Below are positions 29,698 to 40,500 of a DNA stretch of 64,000 nucleotides, piece by piece. The DNA comes from Candidatus Poribacteria bacterium (GTDB lineage: Bacteria; Poribacteria; WGA-4E; WGA-3G). The notes under the pieces were generated by a model. It saw only the letters and a list, made by a program, of their open reading frames with translations. It made no database searches and was not told the origin of the DNA. Numbering within the stretch: the first letter of the stretch is position 1; each line of letters starts with the position of its first letter. The stretch covers positions 2,048,001 to 2,112,000 of the forward strand of contig CAXXLX010000001.1 of the NCBI GenBank assembly GCA_963665235.2, read 5' to 3'. The position numbers and the translations under genes are program-made.

Positions 29698-30468
29698 ATG
29701 GAACCTGTGAAAAAGCACACCGTTTTAAGCATACGGAACTTAAATGTCTGGTACGGTGATAAACAGATTCTCCAGGACCTCTCACTTGAGGTTCAACACC
29801 AACAAGTGACCGCCCTGATTGGGCCCTCTAACAGCGGTAAAAGCACCCTCGTTCGGTGTATCAATCGCTTAAACGACTTTACGTCGAACTTCCAATTCAC
29901 TGGCGAAATCCTGTTCAACGGCCGAGCTCTGTACGCATCGGAAACAGATGCAACTGCACTCCGACGGCAGATAGGCATGGTGTTCAGCAAACCGATGCCG
30001 TTTCAGCGGTCTATCTATGAGAATGTCGCTTATGGCCCTCGAACATCAGGCGTAAAGCGGCATGTTCAGCTTGATGGCATTGTTGAGGAATGCCTCAGAA
30101 AGGTACAACTCTGGGATGCGGTGAGCCAAGACCTTCATGCATTGCCCAATGCACTGTCTAATGGGCAGCAACAGCAGCTTTGCATCGCACGTGCCTTAGC
30201 AAACTCCCCAGAAGTGTTGATATTTGACGAACCTTGTGAACAGCTCGATTCGGCTGAAACCGCCAAAGTTGAAGCCATCTTTCAACGGCTGAAAGGCGAC
30301 TATACCATCATCTTTGTTACGCACAAAAGACGACAAGCCGCACGCGTATCGGATGTCGCAGGACTCCTCTATGGCGGCGAATTGATAGAATTTGGACAGA
30401 CCGAGCAGATTTTTACCAACCCCAAAGATAAACTGACCGAAAACTATGTGACCGGTAGATTAGGCTAA
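29698..30468 (+). CDS. pstB: Phosphate ABC ATPase PstB (copy 3)
   Basis: GPSNSGKST, LSNGQQQ, FDEP and TENYVTGRLG. Confidence 0.82.
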   Translation: MEPVKKHTVLSIRNLNVWYGDKQILQDLSLEVQHQQVTALIGPSNSGKSTLVRCINRLNDFTSNFQFTGEILFNGRALYASETDATALRRQIGMVFSKPMPFQRSIYENVAYGPRTSGVKRHVQLDGIVEECLRKVQLWDAVSQDLHALPNALSNGQQQQLCIARALANSPEVLIFDEPCEQLDSAETAKVEAIFQRLKGDYTIIFVTHKRRQAARVSDVAGLLYGGELIEFGQTEQIFTNPKDKLTENYVTGRLG

Positions 30469-30492
30469 TCTAAAATTCATAAGGATTCAACG

Positions 30493-31155
30493 ATGCTACG
30501 CCACCTCGACGCAGAACTCAAAGCTCTTCAACACCAACTCCTCGAAATGGGCGGAATTGCCGAAAACATGCTGCGCGATGCCGTTCAATCTGTCCTGAAT
30601 CGGGACGAAAAACTAGCACGGAGCGTCATCGATGCCGACGATATCGTCGATCGGATGGAAAACGAAATTGAAGCCACATGCATCCAACTTATCGTTCGAC
30701 ATCAACCGGTAGTCTTTGAATTGCGTTTTTTGACGATGGCATTGAAGGTAAACCAGAACATCGAAAGGTTAGCTGACAAGTGTGTCGCTATTGCCAAACG
30801 CAGCCTGGAACTCTTAGCACATCCTCCCATGCAAACCTTTGTTGACCTCCCCTCTGTCAACCAAATTATTCAGGAGATGGTCAAAGATGCCTTGGATGCA
30901 CTTGTCCGACGCGATGCCGAACTTGCCGAAGAACTCCGAAAACGGGATAGTAAGGTTGATGCTATCTATAAACAGATGCACCGAGAACTTTGTACTATTT
31001 TGAGCGAGCAACCGAAACTCATCGAACCCGGCATCAGCATTCTGCTGCTCTTTCGGCATTTAGAACGTGTTGGCGACTTAGCGGTCAATATCGGGGAAGA
31101 GGTCTATTACCTCGTTAAAGGCGATGTCATCCGACATTCAAACGTTGCACTGTAA
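30493..31155 (+). CDS. phoU: Phosphate signalling protein PhoU
   Basis: DDIVDRME, HQPV, ERLAD and HLERVGDLAVNIGE motifs. Confidence 0.93.
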   Translation: MLRHLDAELKALQHQLLEMGGIAENMLRDAVQSVLNRDEKLARSVIDADDIVDRMENEIEATCIQLIVRHQPVVFELRFLTMALKVNQNIERLADKCVAIAKRSLELLAHPPMQTFVDLPSVNQIIQEMVKDALDALVRRDAELAEELRKRDSKVDAIYKQMHRELCTILSEQPKLIEPGISILLLFRHLERVGDLAVNIGEEVYYLVKGDVIRHSNVAL

Positions 31156-31158
31156 AGT

Positions 31159-31196
31159 GGCTGTTGGCTGTTGGCTGTTGGCACTTGGCTATTAGC
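31159..31196 (+). repeat. Heptamer microsatellite (GGCTGTT)n
   Basis: GGCTGTT x3 followed by degenerate units after phoU. Confidence 0.6.
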
Positions 31197-31236
31197 AAGA
31201 GAAAGCGAACAAGAGAGGAAAAAGAGTTCTCTTTCT

Positions 31237-31384
31237 TAACTGAGTTTGATAATAAATGTCCGTTCGCACTAACCTCTATAAACATATCGTCCATACTGGA
31301 CTAAGAGGAGGGGGTAGAAACCGCCGCTTCTATAAACATATCGTCCATACTGGACTAAAGAAAACTTCTTCCAAACTCACGTTA
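31237..31384. mobile_element. MITE-like element with two REP units
   Basis: Inverted ends TAACTGAGTTTG / CAAACTCACGTTA. Two CTATAAACATATCGTCCATACTGGACTAA units. Confidence 0.6.
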
Positions 31385-34300
31385 ATTGACTAGAAGCTGA
31401 TTGAAAAGTGCCCGAGTTGCCTCTGTCCACTTCCCGTAATCCTGCAAAAACGTCTCCACGCCCGGAGTGTCTTCAGTTTCGATGTATCCGAGGCGACGTG
31501 CCAATTGTGCCAATTCCGTACGATTTGTGGGCAACGCATCCAGGGCACGGTCGTGAACAATTCGGAGGGCGTTTTCAACACGTCTCAGAAATTGATACGC
31601 CTCCGATAAGTTGGCACTTTGCTCCGCTGTAAGAACACCGATAGCATGCAATCTCTCAATAGCAAGCGGCATATTTGCTACGCGGATAGAGGGCGCATCT
31701 GTCCCGTGCATAAGTTGAAGCGTTTGCACAGCGAATTCAATATCAACAAGGCCACCGTACCCCGATTTGACGTTAGCCGCCTGTTTCTGAACTTTTCCGC
31801 TCCGTTTCCGCCGTGATTTTGTCTTGCGGGTGGCTTGTGCCTCTTTTCGGCTACGGGTATGCACAATCTCAGCGATTTCTTCGGACGTGAGCGGTTGCCC
31901 GTAGGCGAAGGTGTGTGCAATTTGCAAAAATTGGTCTCCCACTCCTTCCGCGTCGCCTGCAACAACCCGGGCGCGGGTCAGTGCCTGACGTTCCCAAACT
32001 TGGGCTGCCTGGTCGTAGTAATTTTGATAACCAGCAAGGGGCAGAGCAATTGCACCGCCTGTCCCATAAGGGCGAAGCCGTAGGTCAAATTCATAAATCC
32101 CCATGCCGTGATTTCCACCTAATTGATTGACCAGCTCCAAACCGAGCGTTGAGAAATATTCCGAATTCGGCATCTTCTCTGTTGTTTCGCCATCCGCTGT
32201 ATACACGAGCATCACATCCAAATCGGAACTGAAATTGAGTTCACGCCCGCCAAATTTCCCCATGCCAATTATCGCAAACGTCACAGGTGTGCCATCTTTG
32301 CTGAGCGGTGTACCGTGCTCTACGCGCAGCTGCGCATCAATCTTTGGATAGAGACCTTGCAGTATCGCCTCCGCTAAATCGGACAGCTCTTCGGTCGTCT
32401 TCGGGAGGTCAGCATGGCCGAGTATGTTTCGTAAGGCGATGCGCCAGATTTCATCGTTCTTGTAACGGCGCAGCATATCCAGAGTCTGCGTGGGCTGCCC
32501 ATCATCAAGGATGTGTAAAACCTCTCTCTGTTTCTCAGCGAGTGTCTTAGGAGATTCAATGAAAGTCGGTATTGTCAACAGATCGAACAGTTCCGGGCTT
32601 GCAATCAGCAAATCTGCAAGGTAAAGACTTGAACCACAAACGCTTATCAGAGCTTCAAGTGCCTCCGGTTTTTCTAAAAACATCGTGTAATAGCTACTGC
32701 GTGCACCAACCTTTGCGGTAAACGCTTCAAAATAGCGGAGTGCCATGTCCGGGTCAGGGGCTTCGCTCAAACATTTCAGAAAAGCGGGAGCAAGTTTAAG
32801 GAAAGTCCGTTTGACGACGGGAGAGAACTGCCGACCCTCACTGCCTGTGGCAAGCTGCTTTAGCAACCGATGCGCCTCTCGCACATTCTCAAAACCGAAC
32901 CTGCCTAAGTGCGTCTGCATCTCTTCAACGTTATCTTGGCTAAGCAAAACCGCCACATCCAATTCACCGGGGGCTTGAATATTCATTACCTTCTCAAAAG
33001 TTTCACGGACACGGGTTTTATGTGCTTGGTAATCTTGCCTGAACGTTTCAAGTGCATCCTCCCGATACCCTACACGTTTGGCAAGTTGCAACTCCTCTTC
33101 CACCTTGGCAGGCACAGAATAACGTTGCTGGTCCGCCTCAATTTGGATACAGTTTTCAACTTTTCGTAAAAACCGATAAGCTTCGGTAAGGGCATCGGCT
33201 TCTTCAGGTTCCAAAAGTTCGTTAGCTTTCAACGCCTCCAGCGTTTCTAGCGTGTTCTGTGAACAGAGCGATTTTCGTTTACCCCCATGAATCATCTGGA
33301 GGCACTGTATAGTAAACTCAATATCCCGAATGCCGCCGGGGCCGAGTTTCACGTGTTTTTCCAGCTCCGCCTTCTCCTTTACAAGCCTTTCCTCTATGCG
33401 TGCTTTAGTGTTGCGAATGTCTACCTTAATCTCACTGAGCGTCACGCCATCCAGATAGCGTTGATAAACAAACGGCTGAATCATTCGGATAAATTCATCA
33501 CCGAACACCATATCGCCGGCGACCGGGCGTGCCTTAATCAATGCCTGCCGTTCCCATAAATCTCCCCATCCCTCATAATAACTTTCGTAGCTTTCCATAG
33601 AGCGGATGATGACTCCCGCACTGCTTTCCGGACGTAATCGGATATCCACCCGAAACACATATCCATCTGCTGTTACCTCACTCATCGCTTTAATGAGAAA
33701 CTCACACAACCGGGCGTAGTATTCGCTATTATCAATACCGGTATCGGTTTGCCCTTCGTCCGAATAAACAAAGATGAGGTCAATATCGGAACTGAAGTTC
33801 AGTTCATATCCCCCGAATTTTCCCATACCGACAATAGCGAAGCGACAGGGGCCGTTGCCATCTTCATTGAGGGGTGTCCCGAACTTCGGTTTTATTACCT
33901 GTTCCTGTCCAATTTCGTAGCAGTGTTGCAATGTTGCCTCTGCTAAATTGCTCATCTCCAGAGTCGTCGTCTCGACATCTGCAGCGTTAAGCAGGTCGCG
34001 CACGGCGATGCGGAGGCTTTCGCGCCGCTTATATTGCCGAAGGATACAAAGCTTCTGCTCGATGGAATTGTATCTGCCGAGTATCGTCCCGAGCTCGTCA
34101 TACATACGGTCCTGTGTTTTCGGGGCATCCATCACATTTGCATCGATGAGGTCATAAAAATAGAGCGGGTTGCGAATCAGAATATCTGACAGATAGGTAG
34201 ACGCGCCGAAACTCAGCAGCACCGTCGGCATCAGAAACGGGGCATCCCGGAACAGGTGATAAACCCATCTCCGATTAGATGTTGCAAGCATAAAACGGGA

Positions 34301-34519
34301 AAAATGGTTGAGTGCAGCGTCCGGGTTAGGCGTGTCCAGTGCTGCGGTCAATAGTGGTATCACAATATCGGCAAAAGCTTTTTGCGTGTATATGTCATCG
34401 GTAACCAGTTCTTCCAAACTTCGCCAGACAAGTTCACTATCTACGGGGGTGTCAGATAAGAGCCGATCAATTTCTTCTCTCTGCTCTTGTGAAAATACCA
34501 ATTCTACTGATGAATTCAT
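31382..34519 (-). CDS. glnE: Bifunctional glutamine synthetase adenylyltransferase/deadenylase
   Basis: Start MNSS at 34519. Two nucleotidyltransferase domains with GMGKFGG-x-ELNFSSD-x-D and WERQAL. Confidence 0.95.
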   Translation of the reverse strand: MNSSVELVFSQEQREEIDRLLSDTPVDSELVWRSLEELVTDDIYTQKAFADIVIPLLTAALDTPNPDAALNHFSRFMLATSNRRWVYHLFRDAPFLMPTVLLSFGASTYLSDILIRNPLYFYDLIDANVMDAPKTQDRMYDELGTILGRYNSIEQKLCILRQYKRRESLRIAVRDLLNAADVETTTLEMSNLAEATLQHCYEIGQEQVIKPKFGTPLNEDGNGPCRFAIVGMGKFGGYELNFSSDIDLIFVYSDEGQTDTGIDNSEYYARLCEFLIKAMSEVTADGYVFRVDIRLRPESSAGVIIRSMESYESYYEGWGDLWERQALIKARPVAGDMVFGDEFIRMIQPFVYQRYLDGVTLSEIKVDIRNTKARIEERLVKEKAELEKHVKLGPGGIRDIEFTIQCLQMIHGGKRKSLCSQNTLETLEALKANELLEPEEADALTEAYRFLRKVENCIQIEADQQRYSVPAKVEEELQLAKRVGYREDALETFRQDYQAHKTRVRETFEKVMNIQAPGELDVAVLLSQDNVEEMQTHLGRFGFENVREAHRLLKQLATGSEGRQFSPVVKRTFLKLAPAFLKCLSEAPDPDMALRYFEAFTAKVGARSSYYTMFLEKPEALEALISVCGSSLYLADLLIASPELFDLLTIPTFIESPKTLAEKQREVLHILDDGQPTQTLDMLRRYKNDEIWRIALRNILGHADLPKTTEELSDLAEAILQGLYPKIDAQLRVEHGTPLSKDGTPVTFAIIGMGKFGGRELNFSSDLDVMLVYTADGETTEKMPNSEYFSTLGLELVNQLGGNHGMGIYEFDLRLRPYGTGGAIALPLAGYQNYYDQAAQVWERQALTRARVVAGDAEGVGDQFLQIAHTFAYGQPLTSEEIAEIVHTRSRKEAQATRKTKSRRKRSGKVQKQAANVKSGYGGLVDIEFAVQTLQLMHGTDAPSIRVANMPLAIERLHAIGVLTAEQSANLSEAYQFLRRVENALRIVHDRALDALPTNRTELAQLARRLGYIETEDTPGVETFLQDYGKWTEATRALFNQLLVN

Positions 34520-34529
34520 TTTTTCTCTC

Positions 34530-35219
34530 CTATTCCGTATCCTCAAGAATTTGTGCAATAATAGGTTGGAGCGGGGGAATCAGTTCCGTTGCGGTTTGCC
34601 AGACGATGGAAAAGTTAACGTCAAAGTCCTCGTGGATAGGCCGGTCTTGCATCCCCGCCATTTGCCGCCAGGGCACCTGTGGATACCTTTGTCGAATCTC
34701 TTCTGGAACACCCTTCGTTGCTTCCCCGATAATCTCAAGTTTCCGGACGACAGCAGAAGCGGTTTTATCATCCGCAGCAAACGTATCAAAGTCTATCTCT
34801 TCGATAAATGCCTGGACAGCCAGCATTGCTTCAGAGATGTCCTTCAGATAAAGGTGATAGTTTCTCTTACGCGTATCGTTTGTTGGCGGACTACAACGTA
34901 ATTGGAAGTTAGCGAGGGCCTCTAGGCCGTTTTCACAGTCTATCATTTCCTTGAAAACGGAGTCCCGAATTTCCTCGCGGAGTGAACGGCTCGGTACCAC
35001 ATCTACCTTGCACCCCAGTCTATCTTCCAAAAATTGCTGAAGGCCGACAAGATGTAGCAATGTTGCATCGGCATCCACATCGACCAAGAGATCCAGATCG
35101 CTGTCGGCGTGAAAATCTCCTCGCGAATATGAACCGAAGACAGCTTTAATTTCAGTCTTGTATTGCCTCCGAATTTCGTCCTTTTCCTCTGTGACTATTT
35201 TCTTGAATTCCTCAATCAT
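34530..35219 (-). CDS. In-frame fusion of MNT nucleotidyltransferase and degenerate HEPN (DUF86) toxin; possibly a pseudogene
   Basis: FGSYSRGD...SDLDLLVD, an unrelated linker, then KRNYHLYLKDI...LEIIGEA...GMQDRPIHEDF. Confidence 0.8.
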   Translation of the reverse strand: MIEEFKKIVTEEKDEIRRQYKTEIKAVFGSYSRGDFHADSDLDLLVDVDADATLLHLVGLQQFLEDRLGCKVDVVPSRSLREEIRDSVFKEMIDCENGLEALANFQLRCSPPTNDTRKRNYHLYLKDISEAMLAVQAFIEEIDFDTFAADDKTASAVVRKLEIIGEATKGVPEEIRQRYPQVPWRQMAGMQDRPIHEDFDVNFSIVWQTATELIPPLQPIIAQILEDTE

Positions 35220-35258
35220 GACGCATTCCCTCGGAATAGGTTGTAAGACAGTCCACCG

Positions 35259-35498
35259 TTACGAATTAAGTATGACAATCAGACTAATTATTATCGCCGC
35301 GGCTGACATTGCTATGGCGGCGATGGAGAGGCTCAATCTTTTACTGCTGCCCTCCTGCTTTCTATCCTGCTCCATTCCATCTATGCGGGTATCCAGAGAA
35401 TCAAGACGTTTTTCTAAGCGGTCGTAACGCTCTTTTTCTCGTTCCTTAATTTCAGCCAAGGCAGCAAGGACCGTATCCCGGAAATCCTGCTCTGTCAT
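35259..35498 (-). CDS. Small coiled-coil protein with C-terminal TM helix
   Basis: RBS GGAGGTG, heptad-rich middle, hydrophobic C-terminus. Confidence 0.7.
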   Translation of the reverse strand: MTEQDFRDTVLAALAEIKEREKERYDRLEKRLDSLDTRIDGMEQDRKQEGSSKRLSLSIAAIAMSAAAIIISLIVILNS

Positions 35499-35537
35499 TA
35501 TGTATCACCTCCACTCTGTATTATGTATCATATAGTT

Positions 35538-35581
35538 AAGTTTAACACGATTCGCAGGTTAAATTCAAACGGAATTCGCAA
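35538..35581 (-). promoter_or_regulatory. Promoter with TGCGAAT direct repeats, near-duplicated at 41096-41139
   Basis: TTGAAT-N17-TAAACT with extended TG. 36/44 identical to the second copy by manual alignment. Confidence 0.6.
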
Positions 35582-35598
35582 GGTATTGAAAAATTCGC

Positions 35599-35862
35599 TT
35601 GACTTTTTTTTCTGTATGTGGTAAACTAATTATAAAGCTACTAAATGAGACTTAACGAACGCGGTTGAAAAGGGTTTCCCGTGTTCGCGCAGGATTCGTT
35701 GTCTCATGACTTAGGTAAAACCCTGAATTCAGGAGGTTTAGAAAAAAATGCGAATGAAAAAGGACATACACGCCTAGATGATTTCAGGCATCGCGTCTCC
35801 TTACCGGAAGGCGTGATGCCTGAATGCCACTACACCTATTGTTGCAGAGGCATTCAGTTTTT
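35599..35862 (+). ncRNA. Candidate small transcript or attenuator-like leader with a 9-aa ORF (35748-35777, MRMKKDIHA)
   Basis: TTGACT-N17-TAAACT promoter, hairpin 35641-35714, RBS AGGAGG, hairpin 35783-35824, terminator 35820-35862. Confidence 0.45.
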
Positions 35863-35943
35863 GGTTTTCTGAGTGATTATCACGGATAGGCGCGTGTTAT
35901 TATCGGTAAGAATCGAAGAGTCAAACCCCTCCACAAGAACGGA

Positions 35944-37494
35944 TCATTCTATTGTTTTTTTCGTCAACATTTCGGCGATGTCTGGCGGCAAATCCGTCTC
36001 ATTTGCCTCCGTCAAAGCCCTCCCATTTATTTTCTTGAATTCTTCAACACTCTCGTAATCATCCCCGAATATAGAGGCGTTATCTACACCCTTTTCCTTT
36101 GCGGTTTTCATGTCCTTTCGCGCGTTTTCCCAGTCGAACTTGTGTAAGTAAGCCTCACCGCGATTTTGATAGGCTAGGGCAGTAAATTCATTCTCCGCTT
36201 TAATCACAGTGGTGTAGTAACTGATAGCTTCATCGAAACAAGCATTAGCGTTCTCCGAATCGCCGCGCCGCCTCGCCAACACCCCTTTTGATGCGTAAGC
36301 ATTGCCAAGATTGTTATCGACTTTGGTAGATTCATCATCCTCGATGACTTTTTTGTAGTAATCCTCGGCTTCGTTGTAGTCCTTGATGGCTTTGTTGAAA
36401 AAATCATCAACCTTCGATGCTACCTCATCTGCAATTTCCGTTGACTTACTCTGTTTCATTATTGCATTCCCCTTTGCTACTTGGGCAATGCCGAGCAAGT
36501 TATACACAAAGGCACGGTCTGAGGTCAAAGTTTCCGCAGTATTTATTGCCATGTTATAGTCGCCGATGGCTTCGTCGTAATTTTTCGCAGCGTAGTAAGC
36601 CCGGCCGCGCTCTCTATAATTTTCGACGTTTTCCGAATCTAACCCCATCTCTTTATTTATCTTTATGGCTTCAGTGAGGTAGTCAATAGCCTTTTCCGCA
36701 TCTCCCTTTTGGCGTGCCTTAATCCCTTTTCGCCTATAAGCTTCCGCAGTGGGTTCAATATAGGATTTATCCCCGGCGTTCAGCCAAGCATAACCATAGA
36801 AGTCTGCAAACAACCTCTCGCCAGTGATACCTGATAAGTCTTCCAACGCTTCCAAGATCTCTACCTTCTTACTCGCTTCGATCTCACATTCGTCATCTAT
36901 TTTAATCGCAGCACGCCCAAACACGAAAACAGATTGTTGGGCAATAATCCGGTTGTTCTGGTGTTGCGGTTGCCATCGATAGCGTGGATATCTCCCCATG
37001 TCATCGGTTTCAAAAAAGTAATCAATGTTTTTATTCGCGCTCATGTCATAGTCGACCTCCTTTAGCGGTTTTAGCCCGTCACTACGTAGAACGACGACTT
37101 TGCCATTTTCCTGTTTTTTTCCAGCTTCTTGCTGCTCTTGCTGACAGGCAAACCAGAGCGCAATCAAGGCACTGTATGTAAAGTCGATGAGGCATGTAGC
37201 TGCACCGAAGTGCTGAAGCTCCGCCAATAAATTCAGATCCGAGAGTTTTTTCCCATCTTTTTGATCGTGTCCAATACTGCGAACTTTTTCCAGCAGCTCC
37301 TCATTGAGCTCAAGGAGTCGCTCCGGGTTTATAGGTTTCTCCTCCTTCGGTAGGCGGCGCTCGGACGACGTTTCTACTTTCCGGTCTTCTATATAAGACG
37401 TTTTCTTCACACCTCGAAACAAATATTCACCTTTGTTGAATTTCGCAGCCCAATCCATGAATTCGGAGAGACTGCTAAGAGTTTTCACTGCCAT
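35944..37494 (-). CDS. FRG domain protein with C-terminal TPR repeats
   Basis: YLFRG, LQHFGAATCLIDFT...ALWFAC and NNRIIAQQSVF motifs, followed by TPR helices. Confidence 0.85.
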   Translation of the reverse strand: MAVKTLSSLSEFMDWAAKFNKGEYLFRGVKKTSYIEDRKVETSSERRLPKEEKPINPERLLELNEELLEKVRSIGHDQKDGKKLSDLNLLAELQHFGAATCLIDFTYSALIALWFACQQEQQEAGKKQENGKVVVLRSDGLKPLKEVDYDMSANKNIDYFFETDDMGRYPRYRWQPQHQNNRIIAQQSVFVFGRAAIKIDDECEIEASKKVEILEALEDLSGITGERLFADFYGYAWLNAGDKSYIEPTAEAYRRKGIKARQKGDAEKAIDYLTEAIKINKEMGLDSENVENYRERGRAYYAAKNYDEAIGDYNMAINTAETLTSDRAFVYNLLGIAQVAKGNAIMKQSKSTEIADEVASKVDDFFNKAIKDYNEAEDYYKKVIEDDESTKVDNNLGNAYASKGVLARRRGDSENANACFDEAISYYTTVIKAENEFTALAYQNRGEAYLHKFDWENARKDMKTAKEKGVDNASIFGDDYESVEEFKKINGRALTEANETDLPPDIAEMLTKKTIE

Positions 37495-37551
37495 TTATTT
37501 TCTCCTTGCCCTCGAAAAAGTGTCCAACCCGGAAAGAGAATATCAAGAACG

Positions 37552-40500
37552 TTACGCTGTCTCAAATTTCAACGGATCGGCCACCTTCTGAAGTGCCGCA
37601 TTCACCTGTTCCAACACTTCATCTGATGGCGGTTCGCCTTCGGCGGTAATTGAAATGCGAAACTTAAAATCAAGTTCAGGCGCGATATCAAGTAAATCGC
37701 CAACCGTTTCAGCTAAATCTTGAATTTGGGATCCGGTGAGATGTGACTCAGCACGCTTTAACCATGCAGGCCGCCGCACTTTAGTTTTGTACCAGTCTTC
37801 GGATGACTGACCTTCACGAACGATTATTCCACTTTCGATGGCTCGGTCGACAGCCTCGCGAAATACGTCCTCCGGGATAGAAACCCCCCGCTTAGATTCA
37901 AGTGCCGCTTTTATGGATTCAAGGGTAGGCTGACTGGATGCCCAGACATCTGCTGCATCTTGTCCGATTAGCTCCGCCGGCGTTATCTTCACAGGCACAG
38001 CTACCTCTAAAACTTTTAAACCGACTTTATCCGCTTCTTCAGCAGAACACGGCCACACGGGGCTTCCACTACTGAATTCAAAGAGATTATTAGATATGCC
38101 ATCACTCACAGCTTCCCTAATCAACGGCCACGGAATTGGCGTCCCTTTACGCACCGCCAATGCATCCATTATTTTAGATAGAGATGTGGTGTCGTTCTCC
38201 CACACGTCAGGCAAGGTTTTGTGGGTAAGTTCTGAACCGCTAATCGGGACTAACGGTGTTAGCAACTCTGTATCGTCGGTTATATCCGTGTCAGGAATTT
38301 TTTCCTTAAGATAGGCTTTGCCTTGGTGACGCGCCATCACTAAGCCGTTTTGAACAGCATCCTGAATTGCGTCCAAAAGCACATCGTCAGAAACGAGTTT
38401 TGGCACCTCGTCTCCATCAAAAAATCCCCGAATTACCCCTATCGTTGTCGGAACACTATCATCCGGCCACACTTCTGACAATTGCCCGGGACGCAATAAC
38501 TCCGCGCTAAGGTTGTGAAGTTCTGCATGTTCAATCGGGACGATTTCTACTTTTTTCCAGAAATCGTCAGCATCAGTATCAGCGGCGGGAGGGGGTTCAC
38601 GCCAATAAGTTTTCAGAGACGTGTCCGGTCGAACTATACGCAACACAATCCTCCCTTCCGCAACACCACGTCGAAGGGTGTCAACGAACACCTGCCAATT
38701 CAATAATCTCGGAAGGCGGGGCATGCTGCCAAACATGCTGTACAGCACTTGCGCCGGTTTCTCAGTTTGCCTGTCTCCCCACAAATCAAAGTAGCTCTCC
38801 GGCGTGAGGAGCTCTGGATCGAGTACTGTTGTTAGTAATCTCTCTTCGTCGACCAGCGCAGCTTTGACCCGTTCAAACGCTGAGTCCCTGCCGGGTGGTA
38901 ACAAACTCGCTTTAATGTCACCATCTTCGTCAACAGCGATCAACACGCTATAAGCGGATATGACAGATTCTAAAATATCAGCTTCATCCTCTTTTTTACG
39001 TTGTAACAGCAGGGCCTTCTGCGGTTCACTTAAAAGGTCCATATCGTCACCGCTTTCGATGTTTTGCCAGCCAAGGATTTTACGGATACGTCCTTGCAAT
39101 CCTAGCAATCGTGATTTTTCGGGGGCGAGGATGATAACGTTATTACGGTAGGTACTCTTAAAAAACTCGGCAAGTGATTCGGAAACCTCTTCCCCCGGGA
39201 CTGCTGCATATTCGGGTGCAGCGAGCACGAAGCGAAGTTCAGGCGTGTCCGGAATATCGGTAGATGCCTGAGGCAGTGTGTGGACATTCATCCTGTCTAC
39301 GGTTCGACCGAGTTTCGCATCTCTTATACATTTCACTAAATCTTCGCTGATCTGAGCGTCGGTGACCCGCCGCATTGCATGAAAGTGCATGTTGGTGAGG
39401 TTAGGGTTCGTCCCCAAAGCCCAGCTGTCCTTGTTTTCTTTGAGAAACCATGAGGCAGCTCGCCATTCGGAGAGCCCTTTATCTACTGACACCACGTCAA
39501 TGTCAGCGTGTGCTAGTAGAAGGTAGAGGTCTGCTAACTCTGCTTTCTGCCCGATAGGCTGTGAATGCAAAAAGGTAGCGATGACTGCAGCTTCAATTTC
39601 TCGGGATTTGAGCAGCGGCAGCTCTTTCTGAACAGCACGCGCTCTTTCGAGCTCTCCCGTGAGAATGGGGGGCCACTGAGTGCCTTCATCACAAGCTCCA
39701 ACGAGCTCTCGAATGACCTCTGATAATTCGCCATCAGTACCGAGGAGTGTGGTAGGTCCAATAAACTCGCTGATATCTTTCCCATCAGCTTCTCTGAGGG
39801 CAATTGCGAATGTCCGGAGGACACCACGTGTCCTTTGGAAGTGAGTCAACTGCGTCCACTTTTGGTAGAATACTTCAATAAGATCGGGATGAAATGGATA
39901 GGATTCTAAAAGCCGGTTAGCCGCGCGTGAATCTTTCTGTGATGCCCGAAGAGGTAACTTTTTCATTGACTCAACAAGACAATTTACAACGGCGCGCCGT
40001 TCTTTCTCAGGTGGAATATATTCAAACAAACGCCGTCGAAGCAATTCTGAAACATCTTTGCGATCAACTGGTTCAACGCTTTCTCGGACACGTTGGAAAA
40101 TATTTCCTATTTCACTTAAGACCTGCGTTCCAGTGGGATCGTTCGCTGCCTTATCAAAGGATAGGAGGCTTGCCACGATCGCAGTGCGATCAACACTTGC
40201 CACCGCTTGTGTGAGTCCTTGAAAGAAATCTTGAAAGATACCCAATCGATTCGGATCGTCAATTACAGCATTTCGCATATACATGAGAGCTTCATCGAGT
40301 AAAATAAGGGTAGATAAATCCTCATCTCGGGGTGCTTTCAATAATTCGGTAAGAAGAGGTTGAGTAGGTGCGATATAATCGGTTTCGTGCTCGGCGATTT
40401 TTTTCAATCCTTCATCACCGGCAAGTTGATATGCCAATGCGCCCCATGGGGTTTTAACCCACCTTTTCTTACCGTCAGGACTTACGACTTCAAGTCCAGC

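Noticed and set aside
35640-35940. tmRNA, SRP RNA or 6S RNA
   Set aside because: No tRNA-like ends or Ala-Ala tag, no SRP helix-8 motif, and no long bubble-containing duplex was recognisable.
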